Shown here piece after piece: positions 1-8,968 of a DNA stretch of 64,000 nucleotides (positions are counted from its first letter, which is position 1; each line of letters starts with the position of its first letter). Under the pieces are notes generated by a model. It saw nothing but the letters and a program-made list of their open reading frames with translations, was not told the DNA's origin and ran no database searches. The position numbers and the translations under genes were made by a program. This DNA comes from a virus: the UHGV virus genome UHGV-1421865. One strand, written 5' to 3'.

Positions 1-552
1 TTCGGTAATTTCTTTCGCCAGCTACCACCGTCACAGACTAAGATACATTCTGTAAATTCGAATGTATTCACCATTTGACGTATCGAATTCGTCAGCAACT
101 GCGGTAACTCTGCAAAGACTCGGTTTTGATCGTTTTTGTACTTCGATCGTAAGACGGAAACACGACTCATCAAGAGCCAGTTTCCATCCACGACTAACGT
201 TAGTCTATAATTCATATTTACTGAACTACAGAGTCACAAAGTACGGTATCACATTGTACACTGTCGAGACTGTCGACTTGTACAGTGTCAATAGAATCAA
301 CGTCAGTAGTTTTCTTCGCGGTGCCGTTGCATGCCACGAATGATGATGCCATTACCATAGCAATGGCTGCGATAACTAAACTTTTCATTTTTGTTTTTAT
401 TATAGATTTGTTAAAAATTTTGATACTTACTTGTATATTCTTGAACAGACTGTATAAGACTGTTAAATTTGAAGTAGTTATATATAGATGACTATTAAAG
501 CCTATCGACTAAATTGTGCTTATGAAGACTGTAGTAGTGTGTGTAGACTAGA

Positions 553-924
553 CTATTTCCGACTATTAAAAACGTCGACGAGGATTTTCCCTAATCTAAC
601 CGCCTTGTTAGCGACGTCTCTGTAATACTTTTCGTCGTTCAGTCGATCTTTGTCCGCTAAATTCGTAAATATAGTAGCTGCGACCTGCAGGGGCTTATCT
701 ATATTCGGATTTAAAGATTTAATAGCCTGTACGATTTCTTCTGAACTTGTGTCGGACGTTGTTGTACTGCTTTTATCAGAAGAATCAGTCGAACTTTGTC
801 CTTTTGTGTCGATAGAGCGTACAATGTCGCCTAATTTATTTACCAATTCGTCTAATTTGTCAACTATAGGTGCTATATCGACCGGATCGTGTTGTTGTAT
901 TACTAGTTTGTTTGCTGTCGGCAT
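553..924 (-). CDS. hypothetical protein
   Basis: Intact ORF of 123 aa. Forms a tight head-to-tail run with the next two minus-strand ORFs. No recognisable motifs. Confidence 0.4.
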   Translation of the reverse strand: MPTANKLVIQQHDPVDIAPIVDKLDELVNKLGDIVRSIDTKGQSSTDSSDKSSTTTSDTSSEEIVQAIKSLNPNIDKPLQVAATIFTNLADKDRLNDEKYYRDVANKAVRLGKILVDVFNSRK

Positions 925-1382
925 TTGTTCAGATCATTATATCGACGTATAGAGTCGGCACAAATACGGCAGTATCGGCGGGCGTACAACATCTTCTTTA
1001 GTTTGATAGGGATATTGTACAAGGTATCGTCGACGTAGAAATCGTCGCTCGTTTGTCTCGTTTTTGTACTATATAAGAAAAATCCCCAATCGTTAGTATA
1101 TGTATTATGTCTTTTGAATATACAAAGACTGTCGAAATGACTATTATAATCGTCTTTCTTAGCTTCCAGTTTATATACCAGGCCGTTGATACTTAGATCG
1201 GCGGCATCGTCGTTCACAACCAGTTTGCCGTTATCGTCTGTACTGAAATTTACAAGCGTACTTCCCGTAGATATGACGTCGTTGTGGAACTTGCAATTAG
1301 ACATAAGATGTTTTAGTATATAAATCTCAGGTTTAGAAATATCTATAGCCTGCTTGCGAATCAATTCTATTTTACTTTGCAT
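903..1382 (-). CDS. hypothetical protein
   Basis: 159-aa ORF with a short overlap with its neighbours, suggesting operon packing. Confidence 0.4.
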   Translation of the reverse strand: MQSKIELIRKQAIDISKPEIYILKHLMSNCKFHNDVISTGSTLVNFSTDDNGKLVVNDDAADLSINGLVYKLEAKKDDYNSHFDSLCIFKRHNTYTNDWGFFLYSTKTRQTSDDFYVDDTLYNIPIKLKKMLYARRYCRICADSIRRYNDLNKCRQQTN

Positions 1383-1383
1383 T

Positions 1384-1893
1384 CTAATTAAATAGATCTT
1401 TAGCGTTTTGATATGTTAAATTATACTGCGACGTTAGCTGCTTTAAGATGTAGTTGTCTATCGTCTGTTGTTCTACTTTGTGCGAAAGTTCCTTATATAG
1501 ATATTCCAAACATTCTTTATAAGAGCCAAAACTATATTCCAGACTAGGATATACCTTGTTATACAACCATTTAACTACTTGATCGACATAGTCTAAATTA
1601 GGATTCACACCAATCTGATATAATTTAGAGACTGTATAAATATCTTGTACGTTTAATACAGTCTTCTCTATAACCTGCTCCAGAGAACATACCGTAATAA
1701 CTAATTTAGATCCGGTGTAATTTTGTGCCGAAAATATATTATTGTCCTTTAATAGTTCAATAAACTGTTTTTCGAACAACAGTTCTTCATTACCGTTATA
1801 ATTGTTATCTATATATACAACAGGCGAACCGTCTCTCATCGCAACATTTCCGGGCAATAATACGTTACAAATAAGTATTCGTTTGTCTTTCAT
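1384..1893 (-). CDS. hypothetical protein
   Basis: 169-aa ORF. Its start abuts an AT-rich leader. Confidence 0.45.
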   Translation of the reverse strand: MKDKRILICNVLLPGNVAMRDGSPVVYIDNNYNGNEELLFEKQFIELLKDNNIFSAQNYTGSKLVITVCSLEQVIEKTVLNVQDIYTVSKLYQIGVNPNLDYVDQVVKWLYNKVYPSLEYSFGSYKECLEYLYKELSHKVEQQTIDNYILKQLTSQYNLTYQNAKDLFN

Positions 1894-1980
1894 TTCTGTT
1901 TTAGTTTATTCATATACATATATAGTGTATTTTATGAATAAAATCAGCCAAATAAACGACTATTTCAGTGCTATTTTAGA

Positions 1981-2125
1981 CTGATTTTGTCGGTTTCTGT
2001 TTTGCGTACTGGTATGCTAAACTGTGACGTCCACGTAAAGGCACTTTTTAGCCTCTCTAATGCACTCAAATGTACTGACCTTGGTAATACTAAGGTCCAA
2101 GAAAAATCGTGCGTTACAGGGCAAG
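1981..2125 (+). repeat. modular nested-palindromic intergenic repeat, copy A (5' module 'ctgattttgtcggtttctgttttgcgtactggta…acgtccacgtaaaggcacttt' plus nested hairpin module)
   Basis: Sequence family repeated at about 10 loci; see findings. Outer stem aatgcac/gtgcgtt encloses inner hairpin gacctt-ggtaatact-aaggtc. Predicted ORF 1987..2178 over it is probably spurious. Confidence 0.7.
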
Positions 2126-2192
2126 TTTTTAGATGGTTCTTATATATACAAAATAATAACGTAGTAGACTACAATTAGACTATACCAGAGTA

Positions 2193-5100
2193 TCAAATAG
2201 CCGCGACAGATGCAAACAAACTGGGTTCGTTTTCTGTATCATGGGTATCTGCTACCGACAGTGCCGTATACTTTTTGATGTTCTTATATATAGTATAGTT
2301 CTTTTCGAAGTCGATAGTTTCTTTTGTTTTCAATCGTTCGATACTATTATCGGCGGCTTTAAGCTTGTCGATGGCGTACGTAGTAGGAACAATAGTAGTC
2401 AGTACAGTATCGGGGACATCGGCTACTTTTTCTGCCGGCACATGATAACCCAGTGTACCTTCGATTTCGGCGATTTTGTCCTCTTTATTGTCGTTTTCTA
2501 AGTTAATAAGTTCTCCGATCACGCTATCTAAGAAGAAGTCTTTCGTTACGTCGGTACCCGCGTAGGTGTCTTTTACAAGATGTTTCGAATGCCATTCAAG
2601 TTCTAACTGGCTGAGTGTCACTGTTTTATTGCTACCTTTCTTGATTTCACAGATCACCATAAACATTTCCTTTACATACTCTCTAATCTTTTTAAGGAAC
2701 TTCTTATCGGCCACGGCGATACCTTTAATGCTATTGGCATAGTCGCATGAGAACTGGTCCAGTTTCTTCTTGAACTCGTCGCGGCTCAATTCGATACCTT
2801 CATTTTCTTTAATAAAGCCTTTAATTGCATTGTAGGTTTGCCATACCGGTACATCGAGTTTATTGCTCTTACGGGCCGCTTCGATACGAACCAGTTTAAC
2901 GATTCTATTTAGTTTAGTAAAGTTGATAAGTCCGTTCTTGCCGCAGCTGTGTTTATAAATGTCTTTAATAGTATCGATGGAATACTCTTTATAAAGCTCT
3001 TTTAAGATTTCACCGTTACGGTCGATGATGTCCAGTCTGTTGTTATATAGACCGAGTTGTTCCCGTTCTTTATCGTACTTTTTAAGTTTGAAGATGTCCA
3101 AATCACCCTTCTTCGTCGCAAAATAGTATTCGATATTATCTTCCGTCATGTGATCGAGGAGGGTAAATGTCTCAGATGTCACAGCCAGACGCATTTCGGA
3201 ACGAACACCGGCGATAAATTCGTTGAGCTGGTCGACCTTGTCTTCGGTCATTTGGTTGTTATTATAAGTAATATTCACTTCATAGCCGAAATAACGCATA
3301 TTCGACGCCAGTACAGGGTACTGTTTAGCATATACAGAATAACGTTCTTCGAAGATATTGAGCTTATAACCGGTGATGTTGATATAATAAAGCGATTCCT
3401 GTTCGTTGTATTTGATAAAGTTGTTGGCAGCTACCAAATTACGGATAATAGGATTAAAACGATATTCTTCACCGTTGCGCTTGATCATTTCATTGCACGC
3501 TTGAATAATGTCACGAGCGAACAGCACATCTTCTCTGTCGGCGTCCAGTTTGAGTTTTTGTACTTTATTATAGTCGATAGCAAAACCGTCCGCATCGTGT
3601 CCGGGTAGGAACAGTTTAACATACAAGTCGTTGCCTCTCAGGCGGTTAGCAAACTGTTCGATGTCCTGTGCAATCCACATTTCGTCGAAGTAAACAGAGA
3701 ATTGCCCTTTGTCCTTGATGTCGACACCGACAGAGAGGTAATTGGTACAGAAAATAATGTCGTTATCACCTACGGTTTGTGAGAAGTTGATGTCGTCCAT
3801 CGACTCTTCACCGTAGTTAGATTTCTTATAATAGAACATATTCAATTTACGACCGAATCCGTCGGCTTCCAGACACTGCTGTACCAACGACGTGATAATA
3901 GCCACATGGGTCTCTCCTTTGTTCGTCGGGAACAAGATCTTACGACCTGCTTTAATATCTTCTGCAATGGCTTTGGTGATTTCAATCACCTGTTCGCTCT
4001 TAGAATAGCAAACCGTTGTATCGAATTTCTTAATACGGTTATCCTCCTTTTGTACACGAATATGTTTAATACCTTGAAGGAATGTCATCTCGCCGGTCGG
4101 TGTGCCAGTCATTATTATGACTGGGATCTGCGACATAGTGAGCTTTTCGAGACACGTCGCCATCACCGGACGGTACGACGAAGTGAACAACAAGTGACTT
4201 TCGTCGAGTACGATATAGTCGAAGTTACTGTATTCGATGATATTGTTGCTGACATTAGCAAATTTATCGGGTGTCATCACCATCGACTTACGGGTATCGA
4301 GGAAATCGTCGAAACTCGGTTTCTTAGAACCGTAATAGTACAGCCATTCTTCGGACAATACGGGGTCGGCCTCAATCTTGGACTTGATTGTGGATGTAAA
4401 GGGCAGCACCATCAGGACGCGACCGCCCATTCGTTTTACCATTTCCGTCTTACCGTAACCGGCACCGGCCTCGATAAGTGTGATCTTACCGAGGTTCTTT
4501 ATAATATCGTCTTTAATGTCGGACAAGTATTCGGTAGCACTCAGGCGGAGTTCTACTTTATTGTCTGCCATATTGTCCGTAACGATGCGAGTAGGGTCGG
4601 TAACGGCATCCGCATTATTGATCTTTTCGGCCAATTCCGCCAGTGTCTCGTCAGAGGTAGTATCGTTATAACGAATTTCAAGACCGAATTGGTTGTTCAG
4701 CTCCTTGATCGCCCATTTCGATACCGGCTTGTTGTGTGTTGCAGCCGTCTTCACGTCACCGGCGAGTTCTCCCTTCGGTGTTTGAGGACACAGGGACATC
4801 ATCATAACAAGCGCCTTTTGTGCACCGTACAATGCGGTAAGGGTATTGGCCAGCTGCCAACGTTGTGCGTGTTTATAGTGACGTTTGTTATTTACGATAA
4901 CAGGACAGTCTACATCTGCATCAAATACTACATTTTCGATACTGATGTCGTCGACCGTGTTGTCCTTGCTGAACCATTCGTGTTTCTTAAATACCTCTTC
5001 AAGTACAGGATCGTTCAACCAACAAGCCAGGTACTTGTCGTTCAACGCCGCTGCTACATTATAAGGCAATGGTACGTCCACAAAGTTGGTAGACAAGAGA

Positions 5101-5915
5101 ATATCCTCGTCGTGCGCTAAGAAAATACCTTGTTGAGGCTTGCACATCGCCATGTCCATATATTTCAGAATATCATCTTCAGTATACCCCAGTTCGGTAG
5201 CGAACTCTCTGAGTACCAAATAGATAAACGAATACTTATGACGATAATTGCAAATAAATTCAGGTTCTTTTGAGACAGTGTAGTCGCTGCCTACGTCGAT
5301 TTTAGTCCAGATGTGGAGACCCGCGCCGGACGAAGAAGTCGATACACCCAAGAACCAAGTGTATTTATTCAGTTTATCAAAAAGAATCTGTTTCAGTCGC
5401 TTTGCAATGTCGAAATCTTTGATGTCGAGGTCGAAAATCTGCAGACCGTTCCATGTATTGTACGCCTCTGCCTTTACAGGTCGCAAATTCTGCGACGTAG
5501 AATACACAACTTTACGCAATTTCTTGTCGATACCCGCCGAGCTGTTGTTCATCATGTACTTGAACACACCGCCAAGGGCGATTAAGTCGCCGTTGTGTTG
5601 ATTTACACGATGGATAACGAGTGTAGCCAGGGTTTTATTCAAGAAATTGATCCAGGCCTCACGTTCATATACATTACATTTTGCAAAGTCGACATGACTA
5701 AATTGACTGTTATTGCTAGAACTAGCACTATTTTTATCGGTTGACGAACACATATTAAAGAAACTTAGGGTGTCAACCAGCGTATTTGTGTTATTTTTAT
5801 ACAACTCTAGCGCGGAATTCGCATTCATATTTGAATTGTTATTTTTATACGACTCTAATACGGAATTCGCATTCATAACAGATTTCGTGTCGGGGTTATT
5901 TAATGTGGAAATCAT
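2193..5915 (-). CDS. replicative primase-helicase: N-terminal archaeo-eukaryotic primase (PrimPol) domain fused to SF2-type helicase
   Basis: AEP motif I 'IFDLDIKD' (DxD) and motif II 'SSSGAGLHIWTKI' (sGxGxH). Helicase Walker A 'EAGAGYGKTEM', motif II 'VLDESHLL' and motif III 'MTGTPTGE'. 1240 aa. N-terminus carries a direct 16-aa repeat (MNANSVLESYKNNNSN / MNANSALELYKNNTNT). Confidence 0.75.
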   Translation of the reverse strand: MISTLNNPDTKSVMNANSVLESYKNNNSNMNANSALELYKNNTNTLVDTLSFFNMCSSTDKNSASSSNNSQFSHVDFAKCNVYEREAWINFLNKTLATLVIHRVNQHNGDLIALGGVFKYMMNNSSAGIDKKLRKVVYSTSQNLRPVKAEAYNTWNGLQIFDLDIKDFDIAKRLKQILFDKLNKYTWFLGVSTSSSGAGLHIWTKIDVGSDYTVSKEPEFICNYRHKYSFIYLVLREFATELGYTEDDILKYMDMAMCKPQQGIFLAHDEDILLSTNFVDVPLPYNVAAALNDKYLACWLNDPVLEEVFKKHEWFSKDNTVDDISIENVVFDADVDCPVIVNNKRHYKHAQRWQLANTLTALYGAQKALVMMMSLCPQTPKGELAGDVKTAATHNKPVSKWAIKELNNQFGLEIRYNDTTSDETLAELAEKINNADAVTDPTRIVTDNMADNKVELRLSATEYLSDIKDDIIKNLGKITLIEAGAGYGKTEMVKRMGGRVLMVLPFTSTIKSKIEADPVLSEEWLYYYGSKKPSFDDFLDTRKSMVMTPDKFANVSNNIIEYSNFDYIVLDESHLLFTSSYRPVMATCLEKLTMSQIPVIIMTGTPTGEMTFLQGIKHIRVQKEDNRIKKFDTTVCYSKSEQVIEITKAIAEDIKAGRKILFPTNKGETHVAIITSLVQQCLEADGFGRKLNMFYYKKSNYGEESMDDINFSQTVGDNDIIFCTNYLSVGVDIKDKGQFSVYFDEMWIAQDIEQFANRLRGNDLYVKLFLPGHDADGFAIDYNKVQKLKLDADREDVLFARDIIQACNEMIKRNGEEYRFNPIIRNLVAANNFIKYNEQESLYYINITGYKLNIFEERYSVYAKQYPVLASNMRYFGYEVNITYNNNQMTEDKVDQLNEFIAGVRSEMRLAVTSETFTLLDHMTEDNIEYYFATKKGDLDIFKLKKYDKEREQLGLYNNRLDIIDRNGEILKELYKEYSIDTIKDIYKHSCGKNGLINFTKLNRIVKLVRIEAARKSNKLDVPVWQTYNAIKGFIKENEGIELSRDEFKKKLDQFSCDYANSIKGIAVADKKFLKKIREYVKEMFMVICEIKKGSNKTVTLSQLELEWHSKHLVKDTYAGTDVTKDFFLDSVIGELINLENDNKEDKIAEIEGTLGYHVPAEKVADVPDTVLTTIVPTTYAIDKLKAADNSIERLKTKETIDFEKNYTIYKNIKKYTALSVADTHDTENEPSLFASVAAI
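5771..5866 (-). repeat. ~48-nt tandem direct repeat x2 inside 5' coding region of primase-helicase gene
   Basis: 'attgttatttttatac(a/g)actcta(g/a)(c/t)(g/a)cggaattcgcattcata' occurs twice in tandem. It encodes the duplicated N-terminal peptide. Confidence 0.7.
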
Positions 5916-6330
5916 ATTTGGGTTATATATTTGTTATTTATATAGTCTAAATATGGGAATAAATCATGTTCGGGAGAATGTGATTTATTTTTTTATATAT
6001 TTGACTATATATTTGGTTTTGTTGTTTTGTATATGTATATAAAAATTGCCGATATAATCTTCTGAAACAATAAAATTTCGGTGTTTTTACGATAAAAAAT
6101 CTTAATTAACTGACATACAATGTGTTAGTCTGCATGTGTATTCTGGTTGCATTTATAGAGTGATTTTGTTGATCTTTTTGAAAGAAAGTTATATGATTAT
6201 AGATATACACGGCTTGTCGTGATAACCACAGACAAAGTCTGACAATCACACGACTTGCAGTGATAAACACAAGCGTAGCGAGACAATCACAATCTACCAA
6301 CAAAGAACATACAAAAAAGAATTAGAATAT

Positions 6331-8445
6331 ATGGAAGTTATTAAGCGAGACGGTCGAACACAGGATTTCGACGTTAATAAAATTAAGTTTGCTATAGAAA
6401 AAGCCGGTGTCGTAGACGGTACAAACGAGGTTATCGACGCTATATTAGACGTATTAGTACAGAAATACGGTACGGACGCACAAGTGCCCATCGAAGATCT
6501 CCAAGACATCATCGTAAAGGTACTTCGAAAGAACCATCGTAAACAAGCCAAGTTATATAAGGAATACGCCGACAATAGAACCAAGATACGAGACAGCAAA
6601 ATCAATAATTCGTATTATAATAGAATCTTTGAATTGATCAACGGCGTCTTAAACGATACGAGTACAGAAAATTCGAACAAGGACGCCAAGCAAATGCACG
6701 TTATCCGGGACTTGATCGCCGGTGAATTGTCAAAGAAGATGTATCGCGAACATGTAATGCCGGCCCAACTAATGGACTTGCACGACAAAGGTATCATTCA
6801 CGTTCACGACTGTGACTATCGATTGCAACCGGCGATGTCGAATTGTGGACTCGTTAATTTAGAAGACGTATTGCAGCACGGTACTGTAATGAACGGTAAG
6901 ATGATCGAGAAGCCTCATTCCCTCAGAACAGCCGCCAATATCGCCACACAAGTCGTCGCAGCCGTCGGTTCGAGTCAGTACGGCGGTATCACTTTTACCA
7001 TGACACATCTTGCACCGTTCGTAAAGATTTCTTCCGATAGAATATATAAAAGACTACGCGACCTAAATTTAGACGAGACTACTCTTGCTGCGTTGCACGA
7101 CAAAATGTTGACAGAAGAGATAGAAGAGTCTATCCAAACTATTAACTATCAGCTAAATACGATGTCTACTACAAACGGCCAGTCGCCCTTTATAACTATA
7201 TTCTGTTATGCCGACGAGGATCCCGAGTACAAACAAGAGACCGTACTACTCATCGAAGAACTGTTTAGACAACGTATTAAAGGAATGAAATCGCCGTCTG
7301 GACACGTTATCAATCCTACTTTCCCTAAGATAGTATATGTCCTCACCGAGTCCAATTTGGATCCGAAGTCAGAAGATTTCAAGACAACCTATCTCGCAGC
7401 ACAGTGTACATGTAAGCGAATGGTTCCGGACTATATGAGTGAGAAGAAAGCAAAGGAATACAAAGAAGGTTGTGTTATTCCCCCTATGGGCTGTCGCTCG
7501 TTCTTGTCGCCGTGGAAGAACAAAGACGGACAGTACCAGATCTACGGTCGTATGAACACCGGTGTTATTTCTATCAATCTTCCTTATATAGCACTTTCTT
7601 CCGATAACGTCGACGACTTTTATGAAAAGTTAGAATACCTGGTGGTATACATCTGCGAACAACAAAAGAAGATCCACGACAGTATTGCCAATTCACAAAT
7701 CGATATAGCACCTATCTTATGGAAATACGGTGTCTACGGTCGTGCCGCGGAAGGAACAATCAAACAATGTATCGATAACCTTAAATGTAGTGTTTCTGTG
7801 GGTTACATGGGTATCGCCGAGGCGGTAGAACGATTCGGTGTTCGTTATAATACAGAACAAGGTCACGAACTAGGTCTTGCTATTATAAAAAAACTTTTCG
7901 ATATTGTAACAGAACAAAAACAGAAATTAGGTATCTCGTTAGGACTGTACGGTACCCCTGCCGAGTCGTTGACGACAAAGTTTGCCCGTGCATGTAAGAA
8001 ATTTGATGTTATAGAGCATGTAAACGACAGAGACTATATCACGAATTCTTACCATATACCGGTAGAAACAGAAATCGACGGTTTCTCTAAAATTGATTTC
8101 GAAGCAGAATTCCAACGTTATTCTCATAACGGTGCTATCTCGTATATCGAAATGCCCGACATCAAGAACAACCCCGAGGCTGTCATCGAAGTACTTCGTC
8201 ATATATACGATAAAATAATGTATTGCGAGATCAATACGACCGGGTGTAGTACATGCTATGCGTGCGGCTACGAAGGTGAAATGAAGATGGGCGATCACAA
8301 TCATTTCGAATGTCCTAATTGCGGTAATACGAATCCGGAATTGTTAAATATCATCTATAGAACATGCGGGTACTTGGGAGAGTTCTCTCACGGTACTTCG
8401 AAAGGTCGTTGGGACGATATTAAGAACCGTGTAAAGCACTTTTAA
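6331..8445 (+). CDS. nrdD: anaerobic ribonucleoside-triphosphate reductase (class III RNR)
   Basis: C-terminal glycyl-radical motif 'RTCGYLG' preceded by a Zn-ribbon 'CSTCYACG…CPNCGN'. Length 704 aa and overall similarity to NrdD. Confidence 0.9.
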   Translation: MEVIKRDGRTQDFDVNKIKFAIEKAGVVDGTNEVIDAILDVLVQKYGTDAQVPIEDLQDIIVKVLRKNHRKQAKLYKEYADNRTKIRDSKINNSYYNRIFELINGVLNDTSTENSNKDAKQMHVIRDLIAGELSKKMYREHVMPAQLMDLHDKGIIHVHDCDYRLQPAMSNCGLVNLEDVLQHGTVMNGKMIEKPHSLRTAANIATQVVAAVGSSQYGGITFTMTHLAPFVKISSDRIYKRLRDLNLDETTLAALHDKMLTEEIEESIQTINYQLNTMSTTNGQSPFITIFCYADEDPEYKQETVLLIEELFRQRIKGMKSPSGHVINPTFPKIVYVLTESNLDPKSEDFKTTYLAAQCTCKRMVPDYMSEKKAKEYKEGCVIPPMGCRSFLSPWKNKDGQYQIYGRMNTGVISINLPYIALSSDNVDDFYEKLEYLVVYICEQQKKIHDSIANSQIDIAPILWKYGVYGRAAEGTIKQCIDNLKCSVSVGYMGIAEAVERFGVRYNTEQGHELGLAIIKKLFDIVTEQKQKLGISLGLYGTPAESLTTKFARACKKFDVIEHVNDRDYITNSYHIPVETEIDGFSKIDFEAEFQRYSHNGAISYIEMPDIKNNPEAVIEVLRHIYDKIMYCEINTTGCSTCYACGYEGEMKMGDHNHFECPNCGNTNPELLNIIYRTCGYLGEFSHGTSKGRWDDIKNRVKHF

Positions 8446-8448
8446 TCG

Positions 8449-8697
8449 ATGGATATAGAAGAATTCTTAGACGCCGGCGGACTGGAACTGGAAAAGAAAT
8501 ATACGCTGGAGTTCAATAAAGGCTTCTCCGCTGTCGTCGATGCTATTATAAAAGACTATAATTTAGAAGACGATATATATCATTCCGAAAACGGCCCCGC
8601 GATATTAACAGTATTCAGAGAACTGGCATTAAGTATGTTCAATTGCGGTGCGGAATTTGTCCTCGACAACAATACTGCAATCGACAGTTTTGAGTGA
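8449..8697 (+). CDS. hypothetical protein (not NrdG; no CxxxCxxC cluster)
   Basis: 82-aa ORF immediately after nrdD, followed by a strong hairpin. Confidence 0.4.
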   Translation: MDIEEFLDAGGLELEKKYTLEFNKGFSAVVDAIIKDYNLEDDIYHSENGPAILTVFRELALSMFNCGAEFVLDNNTAIDSFE

Positions 8698-8714
8698 TTT
8701 ATTATATAACATAT

Positions 8715-8760
8715 AAGACACTGTTTTGTAGACGCTGGTAGACTACTAAAACAGTGTCTT
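8715..8760 (+). terminator. stem-loop, putative intrinsic terminator
   Basis: 13-bp inverted repeat aagacactgtttt…aaaacagtgtctt with ~20-nt loop, downstream of the 8449..8697 stop. Confidence 0.45.
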
Positions 8761-8785
8761 TATAGTCTACTTATGAAACTGTGGA

Positions 8786-8872
8786 AAATCTCGCCTGTAT
8801 CGCGTTATTTTTCTTTAGCCTTAGTACTACTAAGGTCAACTAATTTGGACGCGATACGGACCAAATAAACGC
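8786..8872 (-). repeat. nested-palindromic repeat, copy B (hairpin module only, reverse orientation)
   Basis: Outer arms cctgtatcgcg / cgcgatacgg enclose inner hairpin agcctta-gtactac-taaggtc. Matches the reverse complement of module 2 of the other copies. Confidence 0.65.
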
Positions 8873-8968
8873 TGTTTATGACGATTCTAGGATTGTACTG
8901 TAGGTTATGAAAAGTATAAGTCATCGAAATTCAACAAAAATAAGACTAAAATAACAACAAAACAATAT

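Noticed and set aside
62-491. ORFs 62..343 and 285..491 at the window start
   Set aside because: They overlap each other and show no motifs. The region is the edge of the window and may belong to an upstream gene on either strand, so they were not called.
1987-2178. Small ORFs over the intergenic repeat elements (1987..2178, 26444..26659, 35432..35644, 35560..35814, 35571..35777, 41461..41658, 42026..42298, 47541..47762)
   Set aside because: Their 'coding' sequence is the conserved palindromic repeat, present in both orientations. Reading frames are not conserved between copies.
3906-5120. 404-aa plus-strand ORF, plus other 60-180-aa ORFs (3057..3608, 4480..4671, 5311..5601)
   Set aside because: They lie antisense and entirely inside the 1240-aa primase-helicase gene, which has strong motif support. 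They are shadow ORFs.
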